DNA from: Thermoplasmata archaeon | GTDB lineage: Archaea; Thermoplasmatota; Thermoplasmata; Lutacidiplasmatales; UBA184 | Length of the DNA stretch: 44,062 nt | NCBI GenBank assembly: GCA_028864975.1 | Contig: JAGWLG010000030.1 | Coordinates: forward strand, 1-44,062 | Direction: 5' to 3' | Shown: one piece after another, positions 8,838-17,626 of the stretch | Layout of the letters: each line of letters opens with the position of its first letter | How positions within the stretch are numbered: position 1 is the stretch's first letter | Position numbers and translations under genes: made by a program | The notes under the pieces: generated by a model | What the model saw: only the letters and a program-made list of their open reading frames with translations | Database searches by the model: none | Told to the model about the DNA's origin: nothing

Positions 8838-9663
8838 GGGCCCTCGAGAGCTGGCGGCTTCGGCCGCAGGCTCGCTTCAGAAGGGTGTGCAGCGGGCCCT
8901 GAGGATCCCCCGCGGGGGTGGCCGGGCCCGTTCGACCCGCCCTCCGACCGAGAAGCTCGGGTTCTCGACCTACGGCACCCGGCTCCCCGGCGCCAACCTG
9001 GAGTCCCTGCGCGGGCACTTGATCGTGATCGAAGGGCCGGACGGCTCCGGACGCACCACCGAGTGCGCGCTCCTGAAGGAACACCTCGAGGTACAAGGGC
9101 ATGCGGTCCTCGAGACGGGGCTACGGCGGTCCAACCTGGTCAGCGAACAGATCGACCAAGCCAAGCAGGGTCACGTGCTGGGGGCGACCACGATGGCCCT
9201 CTTCTACGCTGTGGACTTCGCGGATCAGCTCGAGAACAAGATCGTCCCCGCGCTCTCCGCAGGGAGCATTGTGCTCGCCGACCGATACATCTTCACGCTC
9301 ATGGCGCGGGCCATCGTCCGAGGGGCGAGCCGTCAGTGGGCTCAGAAGCTGCACGCCTTCGCGCTGCGCCCGGACATGACCATCTTCCTCGAGACCCGGC
9401 CAGAGATCCTGATGCACCGGTCCTTCGGGCGTTACGGCTCGCTCGACTACTGGGAGTCGGGGATGGACCTGGGCATCTCCCGCGACCGCTTCGAGAGCTT
9501 CTTCCGGTACCAGGCCCTCCTCAAGACCGAGTTCGACTGGATGGCCCGTAGCTACGGGTTCGTCAAGATCAACGCGAACCGTTCCCCTCTCGAGGTCCAC
9601 CGGGACGTCCGTGCCTCGGTCCAGGGTCTCCTCGACGGTAACCGCCTCGAGTCCTTCCGTTGA
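8827..9663 (+). CDS. Second thymidylate-kinase-fold paralogue with degenerate Walker A; candidate PPK3 partner subunit
   Basis: LIVIEGPDGSGRTT (Lys to Arg), LADRYIFTLMAR; GGAGGTG RBS; overlaps the previous gene. Confidence 0.85.
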   Translation: MALRGPRELAASAAGSLQKGVQRALRIPRGGGRARSTRPPTEKLGFSTYGTRLPGANLESLRGHLIVIEGPDGSGRTTECALLKEHLEVQGHAVLETGLRRSNLVSEQIDQAKQGHVLGATTMALFYAVDFADQLENKIVPALSAGSIVLADRYIFTLMARAIVRGASRQWAQKLHAFALRPDMTIFLETRPEILMHRSFGRYGSLDYWESGMDLGISRDRFESFFRYQALLKTEFDWMARSYGFVKINANRSPLEVHRDVRASVQGLLDGNRLESFR

Positions 9664-9738
9664 GGGGGAGGGAGGCCGGGCCGTGACCTCCGTCCCGGTC
9701 GTGCGGCCCCTGCTGGGGGGTCGGACAAGGGCGACCCC

Positions 9739-10743
9739 TTGGGCCCCCGCGCCACGGAAGCTCGGGGTTCGAAGGCTCTCGCTCCCAGGGAGTCGCTTCG
9801 TCGGCCATGGAGGAGGGGCTTGCCGCCCCGGAACGTACCACGGGTCGTGGACCTAAGCGAGTTCCTGCGGCGCGCGCAGGCGCGCTCGCTCCGCGTCCAC
9901 CGGCTCCTGGTGAAGGCCTCTCGCTCGTCCTTCGCACCCCCCGAGTTCTTGCACGACCTGCACCGAGAGGTGCGTCGGGCAAGGGTGGACGCGCGGGTGC
10001 TCCAGAGCACCGTGCGGTCGGGGTCGCGCGAGGGGCTCCAGGAGCTGGAGTCCATGCTGGCAGAGCTCTCCCAGCGCGTCGGAGAGGCACGCGACCGGGA
10101 TGTCTTGGAAGCGGACCTACGCAGGCTCTCGCACAACGTCCGTCCGCCCGTCGCGCGCATGGCTCGCACCCTCGCCAGGGAGCTTCACAAGGAAGGAAGG
10201 GTCCTACGGCGGCGCCTGGGTCGGGACGCCAAGCGCGCGCTGACGAACGCTTCCGTTCGTCTTCCTTCTGGGCTTCAAGGTCTGAGAGGACCGGGGGCGC
10301 GGGCGCGGTTCGCCCGCGCGGTACGGGAGGAGCTCGCGGAAGCTCGCCGAGAGCTGGGCCGGGCCCACCGCCGTGCACGACGACACCCGTCGGTCCGCCG
10401 ACTTCACCGATTGCGGATCTCCTTGCGTCGGCTCCGTCACCTGCGGACCTCGCTCGCGCACCACCCCCGAGAGGCGGACCTGGAAGCCCGGTGGCGCCGG
10501 CTCCAACGCGACCTTGGAGCGCACCATGACCTTGGAGTCCTCGAAGATTGGGTGAGCGAACGCGCGGCACCTGAGACGCGGAAGAGGTTGCGCCGCCTGC
10601 TTCATGAGGAGTTGGAACGGCGGAGGATGCGGGCGGAGAACGGTCTCACACTGCCGGCTTCACCAGCTCTGCATCGCCTCCCCCGCGGCACGCGGAGAAG
10701 GTCAAGGTCAACGACCGCTCAACGACGTCGACAAGCCGGCTGA
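9739..10743 (+). CDS. CHAD-domain protein (polyphosphate-binding); true start may be GTG 9847
   Basis: LHDLHREVRRAR, LHRLRISLRRLRH and LQRDLGAHHDLGVL CHAD signatures; very Arg-rich helical composition. Confidence 0.85.
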   Translation: MGPRATEARGSKALAPRESLRRPWRRGLPPRNVPRVVDLSEFLRRAQARSLRVHRLLVKASRSSFAPPEFLHDLHREVRRARVDARVLQSTVRSGSREGLQELESMLAELSQRVGEARDRDVLEADLRRLSHNVRPPVARMARTLARELHKEGRVLRRRLGRDAKRALTNASVRLPSGLQGLRGPGARARFARAVREELAEARRELGRAHRRARRHPSVRRLHRLRISLRRLRHLRTSLAHHPREADLEARWRRLQRDLGAHHDLGVLEDWVSERAAPETRKRLRRLLHEELERRRMRAENGLTLPASPALHRLPRGTRRRSRSTTAQRRRQAG

Positions 10744-11147
10744 GACCTGTGGCCCTTCCCCGTTGCAGTGCCGGGAGGATGGTCGTGGAGGCCGATCGCG
10801 TTCCCCGACGGGTCCCAGACGACCCCGCTGTGCTCGTCGTCCCTTTCGACACGGACCCCCTTGCCCTCGAGGAAGGTCGCGGCCTGGGCAAAGTTGGATA
10901 CCCTAAGCTGAACGGGGGAGTCCAGCCCCCAGCACTTCATGGCGAGCGGAGTATGATCGTCGATCTCAAGGAGCACCAGTTCGCTCGCTCCCGCGCCGAT
11001 CTTTACCCTATGACAACAGCCCCGGTGTGCCCCGTCGGTCACTTGGAACCCTAGAAGGTCGTGGTAGAACCGGAGCCCTTCGTCCAGGTCCTTGACGTGA
11101 AGCACCATGCTCCCCACGTCGAGGACGAGCCCGGGCTGCTCCGACAT
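10719..11147 (-). CDS. VOC/glyoxalase family protein
   Basis: VLHVKDLDEGLRFYHDLLGF and VWDPSGNAIGL motifs; ATG at 11147. Confidence 0.85.
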   Translation of the reverse strand: MSEQPGLVLDVGSMVLHVKDLDEGLRFYHDLLGFQVTDGAHRGCCHRVKIGAGASELVLLEIDDHTPLAMKCWGLDSPVQLRVSNFAQAATFLEGKGVRVERDDEHSGVVWDPSGNAIGLHDHPPGTATGKGHRSQPACRRR

Positions 11148-11274
11148 AGGCACCGTTCGCATGCGAACGGGACCTCTTGAACGTTGGGGAGGGGTCAGCG
11201 GCGAGGCGGTGCCCTCGGTTCGAGCGCGCGGGATGCGGATCGCCGTAGATGGAGAGCCCCACCCGACCGAGAGG

Positions 11275-12441
11275 TCACCCGCTCCTCGCTCCCGTGAGGG
11301 TCGCCCGCTCGAGACCCAGGAACCTCGCGACCTCAGCGGCGTCTGCACGGAGCGCAGCTTCGGCCGACCGGGAGAGCCGATGGAACGGCTCAAGTCGTAT
11401 CCTGAGCTCCCGTCCCCGGGTGGTCTGCGACCAGACCCCGGCCACGCGACCGTTCTCGAGGATGGTCGGAGCGACCCAGCCCTGGGGCCGGTAGACCCTG
11501 GGGAGATGCTCTGACCTGGCGAGGTGGTCCCGTCCCCAGTGCCCCAATAGGAAGACATCGAAGTTCGGGAGAAGGCGTGCCGACGGCGAGGGCACGTCGC
11601 GGTCGAGGAGCGCCGGGAGGTCCCGCCGCACCATCCAGCCCTTGCGACCCGCGCTCTCCACCGGGACGAGCTCGTCCTCGAGCCTATGGAAGATCGAGAC
11701 CGCCTCTCGGTGGAGGATCCGGCTCCAGCCCACGAAGTCTCGGGGGTCGGCCGGTCCGTAGGTGCCGAGATAGATCCGGAGCAGCTCCTCCTCCGCCCGT
11801 TCCCTCGTCGTGTCGCGCCAGCGCGGCACCCAGGTCTCGCCCCGAACGTAGGTCGATTCCGTGCCCCGGGGGGGTCCGTGGCAGATGTCGCCGCGCGCGC
11901 CTACGAGATGCAGGAGGTAGCCGCCGGGGAAGAGCTGCCGCCCCAGCCGCACGGATGGGATCTTCCGCGCGTTCCCCCAACCCCCTCCGGTCCAGGTGTC
12001 CTGGGGCAGACGCAGGTCACGAGCCACCCGCTGTACGAGCTCCGGGGCGGTGACAGGTTCCTCCAGGGCGTCGAGCGTCGCGGTCAAGAGCCCCTCGAGC
12101 GCCTTACGGTTCACTCCCTTGCCCAGCGCCCAGCGGATCTCCTTCTCCGCGCGGCCCGCGGAGCCTCGAACAAAGACCGCCAGGTCGGCCGACGGGAGGA
12201 GGTGAAGCGTGCGGCGCATGCACCAGGCCCGCACCATCGAGCGGTCCTTCCACAGGGCCTGCTCGAAGGTCTCCCTCCGGAGACCACGCACACGCAGGGC
12301 GAGCGACAGCTCCGCGGAAGAAAGTACCTGGGCCTGCGCTCCGCCAATGTCGTGGAGCACACGCAGGCGGTCGCGAAGGGGTGCAGGCGCGAGGAGGTGG
12401 TGGCGAGCGAGCCGGAACGCCGAGACCTGATCCGGGGTCAC
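11275..12441 (-). CDS. AlkZ-like winged-helix DNA glycosylase (HTH_42 family)
   Basis: RLARHHL, GGAQAQ (QxQ motif), AWCMRRTLHLLP, YLGTYGPA, RLLPNFD, GRVAGVW. Start estimated at GTG 12441 inside ORF 11275..13815. Confidence 0.88.
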   Translation of the reverse strand: MTPDQVSAFRLARHHLLAPAPLRDRLRVLHDIGGAQAQVLSSAELSLALRVRGLRRETFEQALWKDRSMVRAWCMRRTLHLLPSADLAVFVRGSAGRAEKEIRWALGKGVNRKALEGLLTATLDALEEPVTAPELVQRVARDLRLPQDTWTGGGWGNARKIPSVRLGRQLFPGGYLLHLVGARGDICHGPPRGTESTYVRGETWVPRWRDTTRERAEEELLRIYLGTYGPADPRDFVGWSRILHREAVSIFHRLEDELVPVESAGRKGWMVRRDLPALLDRDVPSPSARLLPNFDVFLLGHWGRDHLARSEHLPRVYRPQGWVAPTILENGRVAGVWSQTTRGRELRIRLEPFHRLSRSAEAALRADAAEVARFLGLERATLTGARSG

Positions 12442-12608
12442 CTTGGCGACCCCGCGGTCTGGGACCTTGCCCCGGTGCCTCACGGCTTGCGGATTCCGCG
12501 TTACCTCTTGAAGCCCCCTTGGCCGCAGAGCGCACGCTCGGGGCATGAAGGTCGGTGAGAGGTAGGTAGCCGTCGCATCCCGCGGGCTCGTGCGCGGACC
12601 GGGCGTGT

Positions 12609-14156
12609 TCAATCTACGGGGGCATCCAGGTCTTCTTCCTCTACCGCTCCGCGGGTCCCCTCTCGCCGCCCTTGCCCCGATGCGGAGGCTTGGGGTGCAG
12701 CGGCATGACCCTTGGACGGAGGAGGGCCCCGTGACTTCCCACGTAGAGGGGGGCCCCATTTCCAGAGGACGATGAGCGCGCCCAGCGCCAGCACCAGCGC
12801 GACGTCCGCGACGAGGGACCAGGGTGGCGTGCTCACCCGATGCGAGGGGGTCGAGTTCCCGGAGCCGTTCCCCGAAGGGTTGCCTCCGCCGCCGGGACCT
12901 TGCGGGGGTGTCACGTCGACCGTGGTAGTCGCACCAGTGCTGCGTCCGCGTCCGTCCTGAGCAAGGACCCCGATCGTGAAGTTGCCTGAGCGTGCGGGCG
13001 CGCACACGAGCGAGGTGGTGTTCGCCGAAGCGCAACCCGCGGGCAGCCCGGTGTACGAGAGGTGGATTCCTCCGGACCCCCCGATCAGTTGGACCGAGAA
13101 GGAGAGCGCACTTCCCTCCGCCACCACCGAAGGAGAGGCGGAGAAGGAGGCGATGGCCGGGTCCGCGTTCACCTGCACCCCAGAGCTCGCGGAGAGAGAA
13201 CCTCCAGCGTGGTCGCGGACCGTGACCGTTACGGAAAAGCTCCCCGTCGCGTTCGGGGCACAGGTGAGGAGCGCGAGCGGAAGGCTGGCGCATCCCTGGG
13301 GAAGGCCGACGTAGGTGTAGTTGTACGCGGGCGTTCCCCCCACCACCGTTGTGTTGAGGGTCAGATTGTCGCCCAGGTCGAGAACCGCAGGAGAGGCGAC
13401 GAGCGAGGCAGACGACAAACCTGGGAGGACGGAGATCCGTTCCGCGTGGTAGACGCTCGCGCCGACGGAGTCGTTGTCGAACAAGCCGATCGAGAAGGTC
13501 CCCGACGTGGAGTAGGTGTGGTTCACCGTGACCCCCACCCCCCGGCTCCCATCTCCGAAGAGCCACTGGAAGGCGTAGGGGGACGTGCCCCCGTAGGGAA
13601 CGGCGAGGAAGTGTGTGGGGGCCCCCACGTCCGTCGAGGAGGGGGCGTCGATCCCTGCCGACGGCCAGTTGTTGACGATCACCAGCACCGAAGTACTCGC
13701 GCTTCCGCCTGCACTGTCGTTCGCCCAGACCGTGGCCGTCGCGTTGGGAGAAGCTCCGAACGAACGATTGACCCACGCCCCGTAGCGAGGGCCCCCTCCC
13801 TGCGAGAAGCCCCACGTGAGATTGTAGGGAGCTAAACCGCCCGCGACACTGGCGTGAAAGCTCACCGCGATCCCCTCATCGGTGGCATTCGGGGTGGTGG
13901 AAGCGCTGACGGACAGCGCGCCGGCGTGAACCATGTCCCGGTCCCCCCCCGCGGAGCCTTGCGGAGGGGCCACGACGACCCGAGCCGCTCCCATGGGCAG
14001 GAGGCCGAGGGTCAGCAGTAGGGCTAGCCCCAGGGTGAGCCACGACGCACGATTACGGCTAGCCTTCGTCGCCCTTCTCCTTGGGCGCGCGGGATGGTCT
14101 GCCCCTGCGGGCGCCTCGGGAGGACCGCCTGGCGCGGACACGGCAGAGCTGGCCAC
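12609..14156 (-). CDS. PKD/Ig-like repeat cell-surface protein with N-terminal signal and C-terminal TM anchor
   Basis: Hydrophobic N-terminal segment, WLFGDGS...VNHTYSTSGTF PKD motif, repeated Ig-like units, TM segment LVADVALVLALGALIVLW. Start uncertain (overlaps the sixA 3' end). Confidence 0.8.
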   Translation of the reverse strand: MASSAVSAPGGPPEAPAGADHPARPRRRATKASRNRASWLTLGLALLLTLGLLPMGAARVVVAPPQGSAGGDRDMVHAGALSVSASTTPNATDEGIAVSFHASVAGGLAPYNLTWGFSQGGGPRYGAWVNRSFGASPNATATVWANDSAGGSASTSVLVIVNNWPSAGIDAPSSTDVGAPTHFLAVPYGGTSPYAFQWLFGDGSRGVGVTVNHTYSTSGTFSIGLFDNDSVGASVYHAERISVLPGLSSASLVASPAVLDLGDNLTLNTTVVGGTPAYNYTYVGLPQGCASLPLALLTCAPNATGSFSVTVTVRDHAGGSLSASSGVQVNADPAIASFSASPSVVAEGSALSFSVQLIGGSGGIHLSYTGLPAGCASANTTSLVCAPARSGNFTIGVLAQDGRGRSTGATTTVDVTPPQGPGGGGNPSGNGSGNSTPSHRVSTPPWSLVADVALVLALGALIVLWKWGPPLRGKSRGPPPSKGHAAAPQASASGQGRREGTRGAVEEEDLDAPVD

Positions 14157-14640
14157 GGGTCAGCGCCCAAAGAAGCCTGCCACCCCCCGGACGGACGGGA
14201 CCCGGGAAGTCGATCGCGACGGCCCCGCCCTTTGAGAACTTGAGGACCGAGGTCCCCTCCCCCAGGACACAGTACCCGACGAGGCGTGAGAGCTGAGGCT
14301 CGTGGCCGACCAGGACGAGGTCCCCCCTGCCGCGCGCGGCGCTCGCCCGACGGAAGAGCGCAACCAGGTCTCCCTCTGGTTCGAGCTCCTTCCAGGTCTG
14401 GAGCCGACGCGCGGGGGGCCAGACCTTTCCAAGGATCTCCGCGGTCTCGGCCGCCCGGGCCAGAGGGCTCGTGGCGGCGTTCCCCCGTCCCTCGAGGAGC
14501 GAACGAAGCCCGTGGGAAGCGTCCTCGAACTCCCGCCGCCCTCCGGGTTTGAGCGGGCGACCCCGGTCGTCCGGCCATCGGACAAAATCGCGCGAGCGTG
14601 CGGGCGCATGGCGCACCAGCACCCAGCGACCCTGCACCAT
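14059..14640 (-). CDS. sixA: Phosphohistidine phosphatase SixA family
   Basis: VLVRHA, D-x2-RPL, SPLARAAETA, LVGHEP, KFSKGG. Confidence 0.88.
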   Translation of the reverse strand: MVQGRWVLVRHAPARSRDFVRWPDDRGRPLKPGGRREFEDASHGLRSLLEGRGNAATSPLARAAETAEILGKVWPPARRLQTWKELEPEGDLVALFRRASAARGRGDLVLVGHEPQLSRLVGYCVLGEGTSVLKFSKGGAVAIDFPGPVRPGGGRLLWALTRGQLCRVRARRSSRGARRGRPSRAPKEKGDEG

Positions 14641-14707
14641 CCCCTCGGCATCAGGGATGCGCGCCTTTAGCCTTGGCCTCCGCGCGGCTTCGAGGGAGGG
14701 GACGGGG

Positions 14708-15250
14708 TCAGTCGTCCTCGCGCAGCACCCGCGACAGGATGTCCCGGGCCTGGGACTGGAGGTCCGAGAGCGACCCCTCGTTGACGATCATGTGGTCCGC
14801 GAGCGCGAGAGCGTTGCCGATGCCCCATTTGAGCTCGCGGCGGTCGCGTTCGTAGAACTCCTCCATGGAGGTGTGGTCGTCGCCCCTGCCCCGCCGGGTG
14901 AGACGGTCGAAACGGGTGTCGGGGGAGGCGAAGACGCCCACCACGGTGAGGTCGCCGAAATTGTGACGGAAGACCGTTACCTCCGCATCCGAGCGGCACC
15001 CATCGACCAGAGTCTTGGTCTCGGTGATCTTCGGGACGATCTTCTTGGCCCAGACCGAGGGGCCCTGCCGGTCGCGCTCCTCGTTCGCGATCCGGGCGTT
15101 GTTCTTGTCGTTGATCGGGAGCCCACGACGGCGGACCTCGTCCCGGACCAGGTCGCCCATCTTGAGGACATGGAAGCCGAGCATCTTCGCGACCCCCACG
15201 ATCTCGTCCTTCCCGGACCCCGGGAGTCCGACGGTCACGACGAGCTTCAT
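14708..15250 (-). CDS. UPF0200 P-loop kinase (dephospho-CoA-kinase-related archaeal family)
   Basis: VVTVGLPGSGKD, MGDLVRDE, LVDGCRS, RDRRELKWG, ADHMIVNEG. Confidence 0.85.
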   Translation of the reverse strand: MKLVVTVGLPGSGKDEIVGVAKMLGFHVLKMGDLVRDEVRRRGLPINDKNNARIANEERDRQGPSVWAKKIVPKITETKTLVDGCRSDAEVTVFRHNFGDLTVVGVFASPDTRFDRLTRRGRGDDHTSMEEFYERDRRELKWGIGNALALADHMIVNEGSLSDLQSQARDILSRVLREDD

Positions 15251-15263
15251 CGACCCTGGCGCC

Positions 15264-15923
15264 TCAATGGCCCAACGTCGGGGCCAGCGAATCCGGCTCG
15301 GTCGCCTTCTGCATGCGGTCGGCCATCAGGGTGTACGCCCGGGCCTCCGCCTCCCACTGCTTCGCCTTTTCGATGTGCATGTCGGAGAGGACCTTCTTCT
15401 GGGACGCGATCTGAAGGTGGTGCGCCGCCGCGTGCTCCAAGTTCTTGGCGCGGCGTTGGAGTCCGGCCATCTTCTGCTGGATCTTGCGGATCTTCACGTG
15501 GATCTTGGACTGGTCGTGCGCCGCCACGGCCCCGGAAGCCGTACCGCTCGCTCCCATCTGGAGCATCTTCTCCTGCTCCTTCTGGTCCGATTCGAGCTCG
15601 GGGATCCTGCCGAGGACGGCCTGCTCTTTCTCCCGGAGGACCGTCGCGCGGTGCCGGTGCTTCTCCATCGTCGTGGTGAGCTTGGAGGCTCGGTGCCGCT
15701 CCTTGAAGGCCATCTTCTCGTATTTCGCAGCCTCCTCCCGTAGCTTGTTAATGTTGGCCACGCCCAGGCTCATGAAGCGGGCGCTGCGGTCGGTGTCCAG
15801 GGTTGACCCGGAGGGGGGCGGGGCGGTGGTCGACGAGGACACCCCTGCGGAGCTCCCCCCGCCGCCCGTGAACCCCCCGCTAAGAGGAAGGGGGGGCACC
15901 GGGGGCTCCTGCCTTCCCGCCAT
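15264..15923 (-). CDS. Hypothetical coiled-coil protein
   Basis: Long heptad-like K/E/Q/A/H-rich helices after a low-complexity N-terminus; ATG at 15923 (ORF extends to GTG 15935). Confidence 0.65.
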   Translation of the reverse strand: MAGRQEPPVPPLPLSGGFTGGGGSSAGVSSSTTAPPPSGSTLDTDRSARFMSLGVANINKLREEAAKYEKMAFKERHRASKLTTTMEKHRHRATVLREKEQAVLGRIPELESDQKEQEKMLQMGASGTASGAVAAHDQSKIHVKIRKIQQKMAGLQRRAKNLEHAAAHHLQIASQKKVLSDMHIEKAKQWEAEARAYTLMADRMQKATEPDSLAPTLGH

Positions 15924-16040
15924 GAACAGGTACACCGGGTATCGAACCAGCTTATTTCAATTCCGTTCGAACCGGACCGCCCGACCGCACCGTGCCGGGA
16001 AGGCCCGGCCCCGCATCCAGAGCGCCTCGTGCGGGGACCT

Positions 16041-17591
16041 CTACGCTCGGAACGTGGGTCGAGGAGGCACGAACTTCGACCGGACCCGACCCGCGAGAGC
16101 CTCCAGGGGAAGGCGTACCTGTGCCCGGCTGTCCCGCTCCCGGAGCGTGATCGTTCCGTCCTGCATCGTCTGATTGTCGATGGTCACCGCGAAGGGGGTT
16201 GCGAGCTCGTCCTCGCGGGCGTACCGCTTCCCGACGGAGGCCGTGAGCGGGACGACGACCGTGAACCCGTCCTCCCGCCGCAAACGCTCGGCCACCTCGT
16301 CGGCCTTCGCGGCGTGCACCTTGCGGATCAAGGGCAGGACCGCGATCTGCATGGGAGCTAGGTAGGGGGGAAGGGCCCAGACGGTACGCGGTTCCTTCTC
16401 CTCCTGCCCACCCTCGGCGGCCCCCCCTGACGCGGCAGCGGGGGTCTCCACGCGTAAGTGCAGGTCCCCCAGCGCCCAGAGGTTGCGGTCCACCCCGAAG
16501 GTGAGCTCCAACACATGTGGGAGAACCGTCTTCCCGCCCGTCGGGGTGACCCGAAGATCGGTCTTCGACCCCTCTCCATGACGAGAGAGGTCGTAGTCCC
16601 CGCGGTAGTGCACCGCGCCCAGCTCCTTGTACCCCCCGAGGGAGTCCAGGCGGACCTCCGCGTCGAAATGGATCCGGTTGTAGAAGGCTCGTTCCTTCTC
16701 GTTCTTCTCTAGGAACCGGACCCGGTCCGCAGGGTACTGTAGGACGTCCCGGAAGAACCGGAGCATCATCGCGAGGTGGTAGGCGTAGAAGGAGGGGATG
16801 CCCCCCGACGACACCAGCTCCCCTGCCCGGATGGGGGTGGGCTCGGTCGCCCCCTTCTCCCGGTCCTTCGCTCGGAGGCAAGGAAGCTCCTCTCCCGCCA
16901 CCTCGTCCAGGGGCACGGAGAAGTTCTCGGGGTCGAAGAAGATCTGGAGCTCGGCCTGGGTGAACGCGCGCATCCGGAAGAGCACGTTCCGGGGGGCGAT
17001 CTCGTTCCGATAGGCCTTCCCGATCACCGCGATCCCGAGCGGCAGCTGGTTGCGACCCACCTCCCACATCCGGGAGAAGGAGAGGTAGGCCCCCTGGGCC
17101 GTCTCGGGCCGAAGGTACGCGCGTTCCTTCCCGGCGGCGCCGAAGTCCAGGCCGAACATCAGATTGAAGGCGCGCGGCAGCGAGAGTGCGCGTTCCCCGC
17201 AGCGGGGGCAGGGGAGGTTCTTCTCCTGGAGCATGCGGCCCAGGACCTCGGGGGCGAGCCCCTCCACGTCGGCGACCCCGTTCTCCTCGAGCAGCGTGTC
17301 CGCTCGGAAGTGCTGCCCGCACTTCCCGCACGTCACGTCAGGGTCGGCGAAATGGGCGAGATGGCCCGAGGAGCGGACCACGGCCTCGGGGACGATCTCC
17401 GCCGGGTCGATGAGATGGTAGTTCGGGGAGAGGCCGACGAACCAGGAGCTCCAGGCCGCTTCCAGCCGCCGCTTGAGCGCCGTACCGGCCGGGCCGTAGT
17501 CGTAGAGCCCTGCGGTCCCGCCGTAGATCTCCGCGCTCGGCCAGAGCACGCCCCGTCGCTTGAACAGGGAGAGGAGCTCTTCGAACTGCAC
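16041..17591 (-). CDS. glyS: Glycine--tRNA ligase, archaeal/eukaryotic homodimeric type
   Basis: GLYDYGPAG, LRPETAQG, YRNEIAP...FRMRAFTQAE, HVLELTFGVDR, anticodon-binding DELATPFAVTID. Confidence 0.96.
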   Translation of the reverse strand: MQFEELLSLFKRRGVLWPSAEIYGGTAGLYDYGPAGTALKRRLEAAWSSWFVGLSPNYHLIDPAEIVPEAVVRSSGHLAHFADPDVTCGKCGQHFRADTLLEENGVADVEGLAPEVLGRMLQEKNLPCPRCGERALSLPRAFNLMFGLDFGAAGKERAYLRPETAQGAYLSFSRMWEVGRNQLPLGIAVIGKAYRNEIAPRNVLFRMRAFTQAELQIFFDPENFSVPLDEVAGEELPCLRAKDREKGATEPTPIRAGELVSSGGIPSFYAYHLAMMLRFFRDVLQYPADRVRFLEKNEKERAFYNRIHFDAEVRLDSLGGYKELGAVHYRGDYDLSRHGEGSKTDLRVTPTGGKTVLPHVLELTFGVDRNLWALGDLHLRVETPAAASGGAAEGGQEEKEPRTVWALPPYLAPMQIAVLPLIRKVHAAKADEVAERLRREDGFTVVVPLTASVGKRYAREDELATPFAVTIDNQTMQDGTITLRERDSRAQVRLPLEALAGRVRSKFVPPRPTFRA

Positions 17592-17626
17592 GGCTTGGCG
17601 GACCTCCCTTCGCTCCCCCGCGACCC

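Noticed and set aside
8112-9663. Annotation as two ordinary dTMP kinases
   Set aside because: The tandem arrangement, one degenerate P-loop and the ppx/CHAD context favour a polyphosphate role, though this is untested.
9661-9739. Possible readthrough or frameshift joining the second TMK-fold gene, or GTG 9683, to CHAD
   Set aside because: CHAD has its own in-frame starts (9739, 9847) and there is no recoding signal beyond a G6 run.
12442-13815. Apparent 846-aa fusion ORF (11275..13815)
   Set aside because: Only the last ~390 aa are AlkZ-like; the upstream part is an off-frame read of the PKD gene.
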